Positions 50,301 to 63,205 of a stretch of 64,000 nt of DNA are shown here, piece by piece. Below the pieces are notes generated by a model. It searched no databases. It saw nothing but the letters and a program-made list of their open reading frames with translations, and was not told the DNA's origin. Position 1 is the first letter of the stretch. The number at the start of each line of letters is the position of its first letter. The stretch spans positions 14,136,001 to 14,200,000 of the forward strand of contig NC_134473.1 in the NCBI RefSeq assembly GCF_964194025.1, given 5' to 3'. This DNA is from Convolutriloba macropyga. Its lineage: Eukaryota. The position numbers were made by a program, and so were the translations under genes.

Positions 50301-53300
50301 ATGAGAAACATTAGTTTTTCAGAAGGCTTTAGTTCATCTGCAAAATTTTGTACGTTATCTGGGATTTCAGACGCCATGCAATAAATATGCGATAAATACA
50401 TGCATTCTTTTGTCTGGTGAAGAAAAAAACTTTAAGCAATTTGCTTAAAAATTTTTGTTCAGATGGTACCCGAAGCAATTATTGATTAAAATTGCAGAAC
50501 ACTCACAATTCTTTCAAAAATTAATGCTTAGTTTTTAGGATTCATGTTTGTTGTCACAATCCTGATCCAAATTCAATTCATCGAGATTGTCACGAAGAGC
50601 AAAGTATTTTGCGCGAGACTGTTAGTGTAAGAAAGGTAAGTTTTTCTCAGGAAAAAATTTCTTCAAATATCAATTTGCAACCGAAACAAGCACAAATTTT
50701 TTTCAGATAAAATCTAAAGGAACTGAGCTTTACAAAAACTTTGACAGCAATTGCAGCAGAAAAACTCTTTGCTACTGCAAAACTGCAAACCAAGTTGACT
50801 TCTTGCTGGAATGAAAAATTAGTAGCATTAATATCTGCGCCCTGCTGCATCCAGCACAAATTTTTTTCTTTCAGAGCAAAACAGACGAGAATTCCGAAAC
50901 ACGTTAAAACTGTTTAAGCGCATTTCTCTAGTTATCAATTAAAAATGCAGAACAAATTAAATAATAATTTAAAAAGATTAATTTAGAAATTTCCTACAAT
51001 TTAGGATAATATATTCAAAAGTGCACAACGAACAAAACTTTTCACATATTTAATAATCCTTGAGCCTAAAAAACCCCAGAATGAAAGCATGAGTTTTAAT
51101 AATCAGAGTGAACAAAAATAAGATGAGACAACTTTGAGATGAAAATGTTATAATTATTTGAAAAAAAATTACTGATTATTTTTTTCTTAATTACTAATTA
51201 TTGATTTGAAAGATCTTATAAATTACTTCATTCAAAGAAGAAAACTGTAACTGCTGCCATGAGTATAAACAGGCAAAAAATGCGGAGCTTTAAAAAAAAA
51301 TCTATCAAACAAATAAATAGTATTCATGAATTTTTTCTTCAGATGCTTAGATATTTTTATCTGTTAAATTTCAACATGACTCTAGATTAAAAAGGGAAAA
51401 CAAATAGTCAAAAATTTTAATCAGGTGATTAAGTTAGTCGTTTGGAGAACATCAAAAACAGAAGGTAATAGCTTTCTGCATTAAATTTTTGAGGCTAAAT
51501 GAGTCTCCAGAGATTAAATAATTTTTGCAAGTAACTCATTAGTTCTCGTTTTCATTTCGAAATTGTACAATTTATGTGGCTCTTTTTCTAAAACTTTGTT
51601 TTTTTTCCATTAAAATAAAAAATGCACTGATATTTGCTTCGACTGGAATCAAATTTCCAGCATACAAAATCCTGAAAACTTTAACATCGTTGTAAAATTT
51701 AATTACAAACAGAAAGTACTGCTTTCTTGAAAGTTCATTAAAAAAATAATGGAAACCAAATTTCGTTTCGCCGAGATACCTCAAGACACAACCCGATACA
51801 AAAATACTAATATTTTCAACGCAAACTGAACGCGATGAAAATTGTAGTGTGACGATTTTTCAATTAATTGATCAAAAATATTCAAAAAATAAAGCCTATA
51901 TTCAGTCTTTTCTATGAAATTAAAAGAAAAGGAAGGTTTTGCCCTTTTTTCTGAAAAACTGTGAACTAATGATCTTTTGATAAAAAATTATTTTTATAGG
52001 ACGTTGTTACGTTCCGAAAGTGTTGAATCCTTACTGAGTACTAAGTTGTACACATAGAGGACGAGCCTTTTTCAGAAAATTTTTTGCACTCCAAATTTCA
52101 TCAATTGTTGAAAACCTTTAAATTGGCAAAACCGAAATAATTTTAAATCTTCGGACCCAATTTCCCTCAAAAGAAGAAAATGGTACAAGTACTTACTAGA
52201 GATACCATGAAAACTTGTGACAAAGTCTTGGCAGATTCTTTACACAAGACTTTCTTTCAATTTTGCGTTTATTTTTAAAAATAGGGATGATTAAATAGCA
52301 TGATTTTGCAAAAATTCTACAACACAACCTCGAAACCTTGATTGCGAAAAATCCGCGTTTGTAGCAATTATCTTGAAAAATCTTACCAGATACTGGTCTT
52401 AGGTATCATAGTTATCTCTTAGATAAATGAGGTTTCCATCGCTGCTCATGGTAAACTAATTACTAAATTTTGTTTTGTTTTCAGTAAATTCTCCGCTTGT
52501 TTTCCGATTGTCACAATTTTTTATTTAATTTTAAATGACAGTTTCTTCCCTCCTGTGGAATCAGTATCGCTTATCACTTGATGCAGTTTTCGATTTCTAG
52601 TTAGAGTTTTTAGGTAATTGTCATGGCATTTTTCTTCTACTGTTGACATTAGTGTTAGTCATAATACACAGGCGAAAAAGTACTCTAAAACATAAATTTA
52701 AATTGTAGCTTTTCAAAAGACTCCCTTAACGTATTTCGGAGCAAGTAAATTCGAGTGTTGAGGCATATAATTGTCTCAGCAAAAGCCTTCCTTGTTTTAA
52801 AAAGCCAAAAGAGGCAAACTTCCAAGAACTTTAATTACTTGAAGATACATAGATGTGCCGGAATAATAGATCATAAATTTGAGTTAGTACTATTCGTAAG
52901 CAAATGGCCAGTCAAAAGAAAATTTTGACTGCGCAAAAAAAGGATATCTGAACCTTTTGGGCCGAGTGCGGCAGATTTTGCTCCGCAGCCATTTTGGACA
53001 AAGTATGATTGTTTTTACATTTGTTGGTCAACCAATTTTTCATTTAAATTAGGGCAACCATCTTAGAGCAACGAGCAAAACAAATACTATTTTCTAAGAC
53101 AAGTCCATGTCGCGTCAATTTTTCATGAAAAATGTCATAGTTGAGATGGTTTTCGTTGTCGTTTCCCACTTGCAACTCAAGCACGCTTAGTCAACTACGT
53201 TTTTTCTTCAAAATATATTAAAAAATGAAAATCGGCATCGGAAGCTAAATTAACATTTCAAACAACTTTCTTATTGTAGATTTTGAGATTCTACAGCTAA

Positions 53301-53782
53301 CCTGGAGTTAACCCGAAGTAAAATTCAGCACTGAATCATTAAATTAAGGCATTTTCAGTGACCCGCTTCAGAGTCATCGAGCTATTTTTTGTTCAAGTTG
53401 AGGCAAATGCCAGCTGATTTATACGGGTCGGAAAATAAAGATTAAAACGCTAGACCGTGGGTCCGCATGTCGTTTTTTCGAGTTCTCTCAGCCCTAAATA
53501 GTTGTTGCATTTGCTGTTGAAAGTACAGCGTGTTGGGGGGGGGGGGGAGGCGTACTCATTAGACCATCTGGTCTTACGCTCTCGAACTTGGGTATCTCTT
53601 AAAACCCGTTCTCCTGATCTTTCTTGTACCTCGCGGCTTATTTCTCTCGCCAAGTATACGTTGAACAAGTAGAGCTTCTTGTCAAGCTAAGTCAAGCTTA
53701 TCTTATGCACAATTGACATTTAGGTTGTCTCTCTCAACTTTTTGATAAATTGGTGGGTTTTTATAAAAAAAAAGTGACATAC

Positions 53783-53927
53783 GTGACACTTCAATATGGG
53801 GTGGTAGTGGTTTTTGGGGCAGCTGTTCACCTATTGTCCATTTGCTGGGCAACACATCCCCGCTCGCCACAGACACACAAATGGTCAGCATGAACGAAAG
53901 TGAACAAATAAAAAAAGCAGCTGGCAT
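53783..53927 (-). CDS. Pleiotrophin/midkine-family gene, coding exon 1 (signal peptide and Pro-rich segment); may extend to the in-frame ATG at 54092
   Basis: MPAAFFICSLSFMLTICVSVASG/DVLP...KPLPPHIEVS has a signal-peptide pattern. Donor TCAC|gtatgt (phase 1) is compatible with the acceptor at 42403. Confidence 0.7.
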
Positions 53928-54310
53928 CTTTCTTGTTGTTGTTCTGCAACTGAATGTAGGAGTAAACATGTTTGTGTTGTTATTTTTGTTTACTGTATTA
54001 TAACGAGAACTGCCTCTGCTGTTTCTGACGTAATAGGAAGACTTATCCATCGGATTTTCAGGTTTTGTTGTCAAACAATTACACTCACGCATAATATAAT
54101 TTATACTTCCCCCGCCGTACACAAAAGACAGATTCGCTTTTTATCCCTGTGTAAAAAATTACGTAATATAATGCTTCCCGCTAATGAGAATAATTTTAAG
54201 CTGGTTAAAATCCGGATTTAATCACCTAATCCATAAATTCCAATCGAATAACGGCGCGAGAATAGACAGATTTCGCTTTTATAATGAAGCATAAAGTTGC
54301 AATTTTTTTT

Positions 54311-54424
54311 CACGTCAAACTTGCAAATTAGCAAAATTTTTCAACTGATAATTGTAAATAGTGAAAATTTTTTAACGTCAGCTTTGCAAATAAGAACAAG
54401 TTATTTCACGTCAGATAAGCAAAT
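54311..54424 (-). promoter_or_regulatory. Triplicated composite motif ACGTCA-N5-GCAAAT upstream of the PTN/MK-like gene
   Basis: Three copies at 54312, 54375 and 54408 with identical 5-nt spacing but different spacer sequences. TGACGT is a CRE/ATF-type core. Confidence 0.45.
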
Positions 54425-56394
54425 AGTATTGTGTCTAACAACACTGAGTTTGGTTTGGGGCGAAATTAGCTTGAAGTTGTCGTAAAATAAGGAGGAAAAG
54501 GAGAAAACAATATTTGAGTTGTCTTCAATAAGAGAAAAAGAGAGAATAAGTAAAAGAAAAGTGGAAATGATTGGTGTGTTCGCTTTGACTCCGTTTGATT
54601 TATTCCAATGAATGGGAAAAGTAAATGGAATACACGCAGGTGTAGGGGAAGAAAACAATTTGGGAAATTAGAGGAAAATCGTGAAATAAACACAACAGCT
54701 GCTGACTTGTTAGCAAATGTGTGCTGTCAAGTCTAATAAATCAGAAGCTATTCCTCCCAGTTTGAGGAAAAGAGGGAAGAAGTGTTAGCTTTTGGTGGTT
54801 GTCTTCTTACTCTAGTATTGTGTTGTGTCTTATATGTATTTGTTGTATTTTTTGTATCTTTTCTCAGTTGCAAATATTAAATATTACCGGCTCACCGATT
54901 TTGTTATTTTAGCTTTGTGTAACCAAATATTAGCGGAGTAGAGGTACGTCAGTGGGAATTAAAGCTAAACAATCAGTTTACGTAGTCAACCAACACACAG
55001 CTGTGTAAACTATTTTCCTTTCTTTCAATTTCTGCCGAGGAAAAATTTAGCCCTCAAAGTGGGTATATCGCACGGATTGGTCAAAAATGTAACAAGCTGT
55101 ACATTTTCTAAAAGGTAGTATACATTTCTTATGCTACTTATAAAAGTAGGATTTAGGGATAAAAATTGACCAATATCGACTACTCAAATAGTGCAATTTT
55201 AGTCAAAGTTTATTTAAGCAGACATACCAGTACTTAACTAATTCCATAAAAGCTACGGGAATTAACAAGCTGCCGAATATCAGACTAGACGTATAGCGCA
55301 ATTTAGGGGGTATTTAGAATTTAGGAGCCGGAGTAACAACAGGACAAGACAGGTTAATTAGGTAATACTGGCGATTTAGATTAGTTAATAACAGAGCAAT
55401 GCTAGGCGGTATTAACGAGAGAGACAAACGCTTTCAAAACAACACGATTACAAGTTGTTTTTAGAGTTCAATCGGCGACAGTAGACGAGAATTTGTCCAG
55501 GTTTTAGATTGATTGTCATATGAAACTTGAGAAATATTTATCTTTTCAAAGAGTATTTAGTAACCACCGATTTAGAGACAAAACATGCGATTGCTGTGCC
55601 TCATTTCAAGTAATTTGGTATGTATACGAGTGACACAAAGCTAACAAAACATTAATGGGTGCTGGTTATTAGTTATTATATATCAAGTTGGTTACCAATT
55701 GGGTTATCAATCAAATTCTCTGAGATTATACCATCGAAGCATGCAGTTCAACACGACTTGAACCAATGAAGGTTAAATTGTGGGGTTTCGATCACGCCTT
55801 TGCGGGTGAAACTGGGTAAAAATATCACATGGTGCTATACTCTCACGTGGTAATAAATTACCAAACATGAAATAAGTGCAATCGAAAGGGTCTCTTTGCG
55901 TGAGAACGAAAACCCTGTTTGAAGAACACTTGCAAAATCTTAATTTAGATACATTAAATTGTATTTGAAAGCACCAGAAAACTAATAAAACGAAGCTTAG
56001 CTGTGCTGCTCTATTCATAGATAAGATGATCCTCTTTCTTGTGAAAATAAACTTAAGTTAGAGTCTTGAAATACTGGAAAGATTAGATTTTTTCACTAAA
56101 TTAATTAGTACGGAAGCCAAGAAACTGAACATGATCCCAAAAGACTATCCCAAAACTTGATCCCCACTATTAGGTACTATTCCAATATAAACGAAAAAAT
56201 TTAAGCAATGAATCATAAATTGCTCTACCCAAATTTGTTTCGTTATCAGAGTCGAGTATCAGATCTTGGCAGTTTTCCAACTGTTTCTTAAGTTGGACTG
56301 CTACGGTGCAAAGCTATTTAGTCTTGCTCCAGCTCTGTTTCTGCATGTACACAAGCAGAAAAAAATGAAAGATTTCGGATTTTTTGAAAAAACA

Positions 56395-56650
56395 GGCTCA
56401 TGAAAAGACTAATGGTGGACCCATGGAAAGACCGTTACTCGACTTTGTTGGTTATGAAATGACTAATTGTGGACCCATGAAAAGACCTTAGCTGGAGGTT
56501 CTTCGTTATGAAAAGTCTTAAGCTCGACCCATGAAAAGATATTAGCTCGACTTTAACTAGGAAGCTCGACCGTGTATTTTTAGTCAATATCCCCCCCCCC
56601 CCCTACTAGACTTTCAAAGTCTTTTCATAAGTCGAGGCCTAGGCCTGGGT
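56395..56650. mobile_element. MITE of the 'atgaaaagac/ctcgac' family
   Basis: Six or so atgaaaagac-like units, a poly-C run, and end cttttcataagtcgagg...ctggg. Confidence 0.55.
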
Positions 56651-56970
56651 ATATATATCAATCAGTATCTCCTGTTTTATTTCCTATGGTGTTAGATTTG
56701 GTTGCGCTTCAATACACCAAATTTTGTGTACACTCTAACTGCACTATAAATAATAATTCTGATGAAAACAGAACTCAATTTTTTTCTGATCAAAACTCTC
56801 ATTCTAATTAAAACTAAATTTTAGTTCTGATCAGACAGACTTGCTCTCGATACCCCTTTTATTCAATTTCTCATGCACTTCAAGATCAGACCTCTTCGCA
56901 GTGCAAACTTTCTTTGATGAGACAACTCATTTATGCACAGAATAGTTTTCCATCGGAGACATTCTACAAA

Positions 56971-57487
56971 CCCGGGTCAAGATTTCAGCGCCGTTTCAGC
57001 GCATATTTTTGTAAGACATGCGCTGAATGCGCTGAAATGCGCTGAAATTTCGAGATGGCGCTGAAACTTTTAATTTTCAGCGCATTTTCATCTCATTTCT
57101 TACATAAATTTCAGACCTTTTCAGCTCATTTCTGACATAAGTTTCAGCACATTTTTCAAGGCAATTCTTACATAATTTCAGCGCTTTTCATATCATACGT
57201 TTTATTATTATAAATTCAAATTAAATGGGAAGCATTTCAGTTCTCAACAGCGAAGTAGACTAATTGATAGATGAGACACAATGATCGGGGTTCGAGCCTC
57301 GGAGCGAAATAAAAGAGCTGAACTTTTTGAAATTTCAGCGGAGTTCATCGCATTTCTTACAAAGTTTCAGCGCTTTTCAGCGCACATCAGCGCATTATTA
57401 TGTAAGGTTTTTGAGTTGAATTTTTTAAAAATTGAGCGCATTTCAGCGCATTTCGTACATAATTTTTGGAAATTTTCTCAACCCGTG
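56971..57487. mobile_element. MITE with ttcagcgca subrepeats
   Basis: Imperfect TIRs cccgggtcaaga / tctcaacccgtg with AA on both flanks; repeated (t)tcagcgc and gcgctgaa. Confidence 0.65.
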
Positions 57488-58489
57488 AAGTGAGTTCAAT
57501 TTGGACTCAAAACACCAAAAACAACGAATAATTTTAAATTGTTCTCCTAGTCCAGTCAATAATCAAAATTACAGAAGTGACAAATTACATTTATTTGTGC
57601 CTAAGCTTGTTTAGTTATACGGAGTTCATTATCAATACAATTTTGACCGCTTAAAAGATCGATGTTACCATACAATGATGTTTCACAATATGTTCTATAA
57701 CCGATTGTAACAATTTGAAACACCAATCTTGAAATAAATTACGATGTTTAAGTTTATTTCAGTCAATTTCAACAAAAGAATCTTTCAACGTTGAGTAATC
57801 AGTTCATAGAGTAGACACTCATTCCAATCCGAGCTCACTTTTGATGAGTCCAATCAAATTTAAAAGTCATGTGTCACAGTTTAGCTCTTTGTGAGGGAGT
57901 CTAATCAAAAAAAGGACTCAAATTGAGGTCCTCATCGAGATTATTTATCTCTATAAAAATACTTTGCTTGACCTTGACCTACATATTCGCACTTTGCCCT
58001 ATACAAATTTGAGTGTGTTCATGTGCTGCTGCAGAACTCCAACTAAAAAAATTTTCCAGACCAAATTGGCACAGACTTTGATCATGTTTTGAGAAGGCCC
58101 AGTAAGAGCAAGAACTTGAGTGAAAAGAAGAGAAACATTTTCAAAAAATGTAAGTTACTAACTTTAGCCTGCCTATCACAAACGTTTAACTGGTTTCTTT
58201 TCCAAAACATGGCTCAAAATTGTGGCAGATATTTGGAAAGCTGTTTTTATTATTTGTTTTGGGATTGGTTTAATGCGGGTGTTATTTTTCTTTATCACAA
58301 TTTAATGTTATTGCAAACAAGATGACACTAGGTTAAATTTTGTCACTTGTTGATAAGCGGTTTGTCACTTGTTGACGAATTTTGGTCACTTGTTAAAATT
58401 TGTCACTTGATGAGTTTTTCCACTGTTTCTTTAATTTTTTTTTCGAAAAACAAGACAAAAAATTATAAGCTGCCGGTTTAATTCTCGCC

Positions 58490-60060
58490 AAACACAATAT
58501 CACCAAACATCTTCCCTTACACAATGATGTTAACTAACTGCAGCTGCATTTTATACATGACGTTGTTCTCGGTATAAAAATCAACTGAGAGACATAATTT
58601 TCTGTCACGATAGCCTCATTACAGATATAATGAAAAAAAAAATCACAAATGTCTGTTCATTCTCTTGTTTCACTTCCAATTTCCAGTGTTGATTTCTGCG
58701 GAAGCCGACAACTAACGTGTCGTGTTGAATCGAGCGCTAGCCTTCTTTAGAGATCAATGGTGGATCAGCAGCTTGGTGTAAGCGACAAGCGCCAAAACAA
58801 CCCCAAATTATACAAAACAGACGAAACGTGCACCCCAACTGAAGCCGGCAATAACTTCTAATTTGCGAACAGATCTGAATGAAGAAAAATCAGAACAGAG
58901 TGATTGAACTTCATTGGACAAAACGTCTGAACATTCACTTTTTAAAATACCTCAAATGCAAGAAATGGCAAATTATATCAGTTATCAATGTTTGATCCAA
59001 TTTTTTTGCCCCTTTTTCAAGGTAGTTTTTTGTATAGTCCAATTAAATATGTCATCCAGATGAAATTAAATCTTTACTGTAGTAATTTTTTGAAGAGCTA
59101 AAACTAAAAGTGTTTTGTTAAGTCTTTATCTTTGTGTATTTGCTTAGTTATAACGCATATTTTGTCAGAACCGAATCTAATGTTATCTGAGCGAACAATG
59201 TCGTCCTCTTCCGAGGTTGTTTGAGCATTCAATTATGCATTGGGTTGATCCTGGCAAGAATGTTTATGGAATGCCAGTTGGTGAAGCAGCGCTGAAAAAG
59301 TTCAAAAATTTATATTTTGTTCCTCTATTTCATTAAAACTCCCTTATATAAGCTATAAATAATTAGGACAAAAAAATTAAGCAATACATGTTTATAATTA
59401 TAGTGAATTTTAGCGGAAAATATTAAAAATGGATTTGTTTCTTCGGGTGAATATGAATGATAATATATGCAAAATATACAAAAGTTTTTATCATCTTTTC
59501 TATACCATTTTGTAAAAACCAGGACAAATATAATTACAGCCGATTGGTATTAAAAATTAAACTATCACACAATACAATACAGACATCGTTCTGAATACAA
59601 TAGTGGAAATATTAACTGCAGCTGTGTTTCATATATGAAGTTTGTTCTGTTTATATTAGTCAACTAGGAGACACAATTTCACTCAATAAGATAGCCTCAT
59701 TACAGACATAATGAAACAGAACACCACAAATGTCTGTTCAACTCTCTTGTTTCATTCCCAATTTACAGCATTGATTTTTCTGGAATCCAGCAACTAACGC
59801 GTCGTGTTGAGCCGCGGGCCGGTCATTTGAAGAGAAAGATAGGAATCTGTAGCTTGGCATTAGGTCACGCGCCACAACAATAACATCAGATTGCAAAGGG
59901 GGACGAAATATACACCCAAACTTGTGCTGGAAATTACAGCCGAACAGCAACAGAGCCGAATTAAATAAAAAGAGAACCAGAGTCGATAATGTTTAACCCT
60001 CATTGGCAAATAATCTGATCGGTTATTATTATAGAACTGCAATTGTGAAAAATGGCAATA
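58490..60060. repeat. Diverged direct duplication of about 0.45 kb (about 58500-58970 and 59580-60060)
   Basis: Shared blocks taactgcagctg, gatagcctcattacaga, cacaaatgtctgttca and caactaacg, offset by about 1.08 kb. Confidence 0.75.
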
Positions 60061-61678
60061 TGAAAATCAGTATAGCTCTTGTTTGATTTTCAATGGAGTG
60101 CGAGTGGGTTGCGCTACAATTCCCACCCCCCCCCCCCCCCCCTGCAAATACGTCTTTAAAATAAATCGTTCAAAATCGCCCAATCACAGCTCGCGATAAA
60201 TTTGGCCTTATCATTCTCGTTTTATGGTTTTCGGCGCTTTGCCCATTCGACCCTAATGGCGTCCTCCACCCCTTGTTGGTGGTCACACAACCTTTTAACA
60301 GCACTCACTGCAAATTGGAAGTGATAACAAATCGGTGTTGTTTGGAAACCAGTGTGTACACACATATGTCAAATTAGACCCGAGGGATTAAGAGGATTTT
60401 TGGGAAAAGGAGATAATAAGAAAGTCAAGCAGAGACGAAAGAGATCCTATCTGCTTCAGGATTCCAACATTCAGTCAGATATTTTGTCTCTATAACTTGT
60501 TCAACAAAACTAGGAGAACAGGGAAAAAGTTTATTAGAACGGACAAAATGTTGCAACTGTTTATATTTCAGCACCACAAAATGACATGTTTTCAGGATAA
60601 AATGTTAGGCAATTAACACCAGGTACAATGAAAACATTTAGTCACTAAAAGTGTAACAAATGCAGGTTAAATGGCAAATTAGTTGACAATAAAAATGATT
60701 TGTAGTTATACAGTCATATGATTTCACTTTATGGAGCATGTTGGGCTGAATTGCACCCACTGGTTTGGGAAAGCCGCCCTTTGTTAAACTTTGGAACTCC
60801 GATTCATATCAAAGCCTGAAATTGAGAGTAACAACAGTTCGCGAATGCGCAATCACCAATCTGAAATGCTCATTATACTCCGACAAGTTTCATTTTTATT
60901 TTTTTCCTATTTTCCTATTTTTATTTACTTTAATCAGACTTGCTGATAAATCAGGCTACCACGATTCTTTTCAATTTAATAAAAAGAAGGGGGAGACAGA
61001 AAATTTTTTGCCAAAATGCTAATTATAGGTCACTCAGTTACTTTGAGTTTGATCAGAAACCCAGTCGAAAACGACACTTTAAAAAGATTCAAGGGGGGAG
61101 AAGTGATTCAGGCGGGAAAGTGATAAATTCAAAAAGCAATAACGAAATCAGCTGTTGTTCGATACCGCAAAATTAAAGGACGTATATATTTTTTTGTTCA
61201 AGTAAGAGATCATGTCCTAAGGCACGATAATACCAACATCAACCATACTTTTTTTTAAAATCATTACTTGGTTGAGGTGCTCCTCGACTGTTAATAAATT
61301 GTTCAGAAGAGCATTTTCATATACTGTCTAGATTGACCGTTTACGAATCCAGCTAAAATCAAGGTTTCCATTAAAATCGAGTTATTCTTCTGGTACGATT
61401 TTTGGTACAGCACAACCACTTCTTCGCAATGATCGTGAAACATGTGTAACATATAGGCAGCAGAGCAAATATCGAGTTTCGATCCGAACTTTTCCAGCAA
61501 AGTTCACGGCTTGAATTCTCAAATGGTTATTGATTGCTTCTTACCGTCAATAGGATGAAAACACATAAACTCAGTTACTGTAGCTTTTCAATCTTCAAAA
61601 GTGAAGTGTGCTGGGGTTTGTTTCTGTACTTTTTGCTCATTTCACCGATATCTGAAACCAAATTTTTTCAAAAGGATG

Positions 61679-62617
61679 CCCAGGTTGAGGTCGCGCTCGA
61701 AATCGCCTCTGATCAGACCGTCCCAGACAAGTGGGACCTCTGATCAGACCGTCCCAGACCGAAGTGACCTCTGATCAGACGAGAATGCGCTCGAAGATCA
61801 TTGTGCGCTCGAAGTGCGCTCGAAGCCGCCTCTGATCAGGCGAGTTCCAGACCGAAGTGACCCCTGATCAGACAAGTTCCAGACCATTGTCCAGACGAGT
61901 TCCAGACCATTGTCCAGACTAAAGTGCGTTCAAAATAGTCTGATCAGAGAATGATTTTAAACATGAACAAACCTCTCAATATCGTTATAATACATTCATT
62001 TCATATATCATTTTATCAATCTTATATTCAACTAACAAAAAACCAATCCTGAAAGTATTGTTAATGAAAGTAAATCGAAAAAAAAATGATCAGAAAAAAT
62101 TACTGAGTATGCCATTTTTTTATGCTTTTAACTGAAAAAATGAACTTAGACAGTTCTGCATAAAAACGTCTTGATCTACTCTAATTCAAAATCTTTTCTT
62201 GAGGGGACCGGCAGTTATTATCACCTGGACCCCATGGTTCTGATCAAACCCATCAGATTTTCAGATGAAGTTCCGATCAGAATGCTGTTTTATTGTTGTC
62301 TCTTACCCGAGACAACAAAAGTCAGTAAGAAAACAAAAAAAAACTTGAAAAAAATGTCGCTCGAATTGGTCTCTGGTCAGATTAGTGTGCGCTCGAATCG
62401 GCCTCTGATCGGACTTGTGTGCGCTTGAAACTGCCTCTGATCAGACCGCTCCAGACCAAATTGACCTCTGATCAGACCGTCCCAGAACAAAGTGGCCTCT
62501 GATCAGGCAAGTTCCAGACCATTGTCCAGACCATGTAATTCGAGCGCACCGGGAACATGTGTGCGCTCGAAACTCGTCTGATCAGGGGTCACTTCGGTCT
62601 GGCCACCTCGACCTGGT
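61679..62617. mobile_element. MITE with cctctgatcagac / gcgctcgaa subterminal repeats
   Basis: ccaggttgaggt ... acctcgacctgg inverted ends, GC-rich repeat arms and an AT-rich centre. Confidence 0.75.
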
Positions 62618-63205
62618 CTGTTTATTTTGGACGTCCATTATCATGATGCGCCAGTTCTTGCATAATAAATGCCGCATTATTTGTCAGGTGTCAGTAAAAC
62701 TTTGACAAGTGATTTGAAAGAGATTTTCAGATTTGAGGGCGCGTCAGGTGGAAAAATTGCCCTGATCTCTGATTTGCAACAATTGTCAGGCAAAAAAATC
62801 TTGCAAGTTGGATGCATTTGATCCATTTTTTTTCCATATATTGAATGATGGTCACGGATATATGCATAAAAACTGTTTGAATATACTGCAAAACAATAAA
62901 AGATGGCCGAAAAAACAGAAGAAAAGTTTTGCATATCGTCACAAGATTTCTATCCTTTCTTGTTTTGGTATTGCTGGGTACAATGCCCGAGAACTCTGTT
63001 CAATTTTTGTTTCTTTTAAAGATTTCAACGGGTAAAAGATAAGGTAATTTCTGACCAATTAAAAAAATTATAAAAAAGCGAGATTTTTAATACGAGAGTG
63101 CGACTATGTAGAAAAAATGAGCAAAAGAAGATGATTTTCGTGAGAACGCGTTTTTGCACATGCATTGCTTTGAATTAAGGAAAACTATGTATCTAAAATT
63201 AGCCG

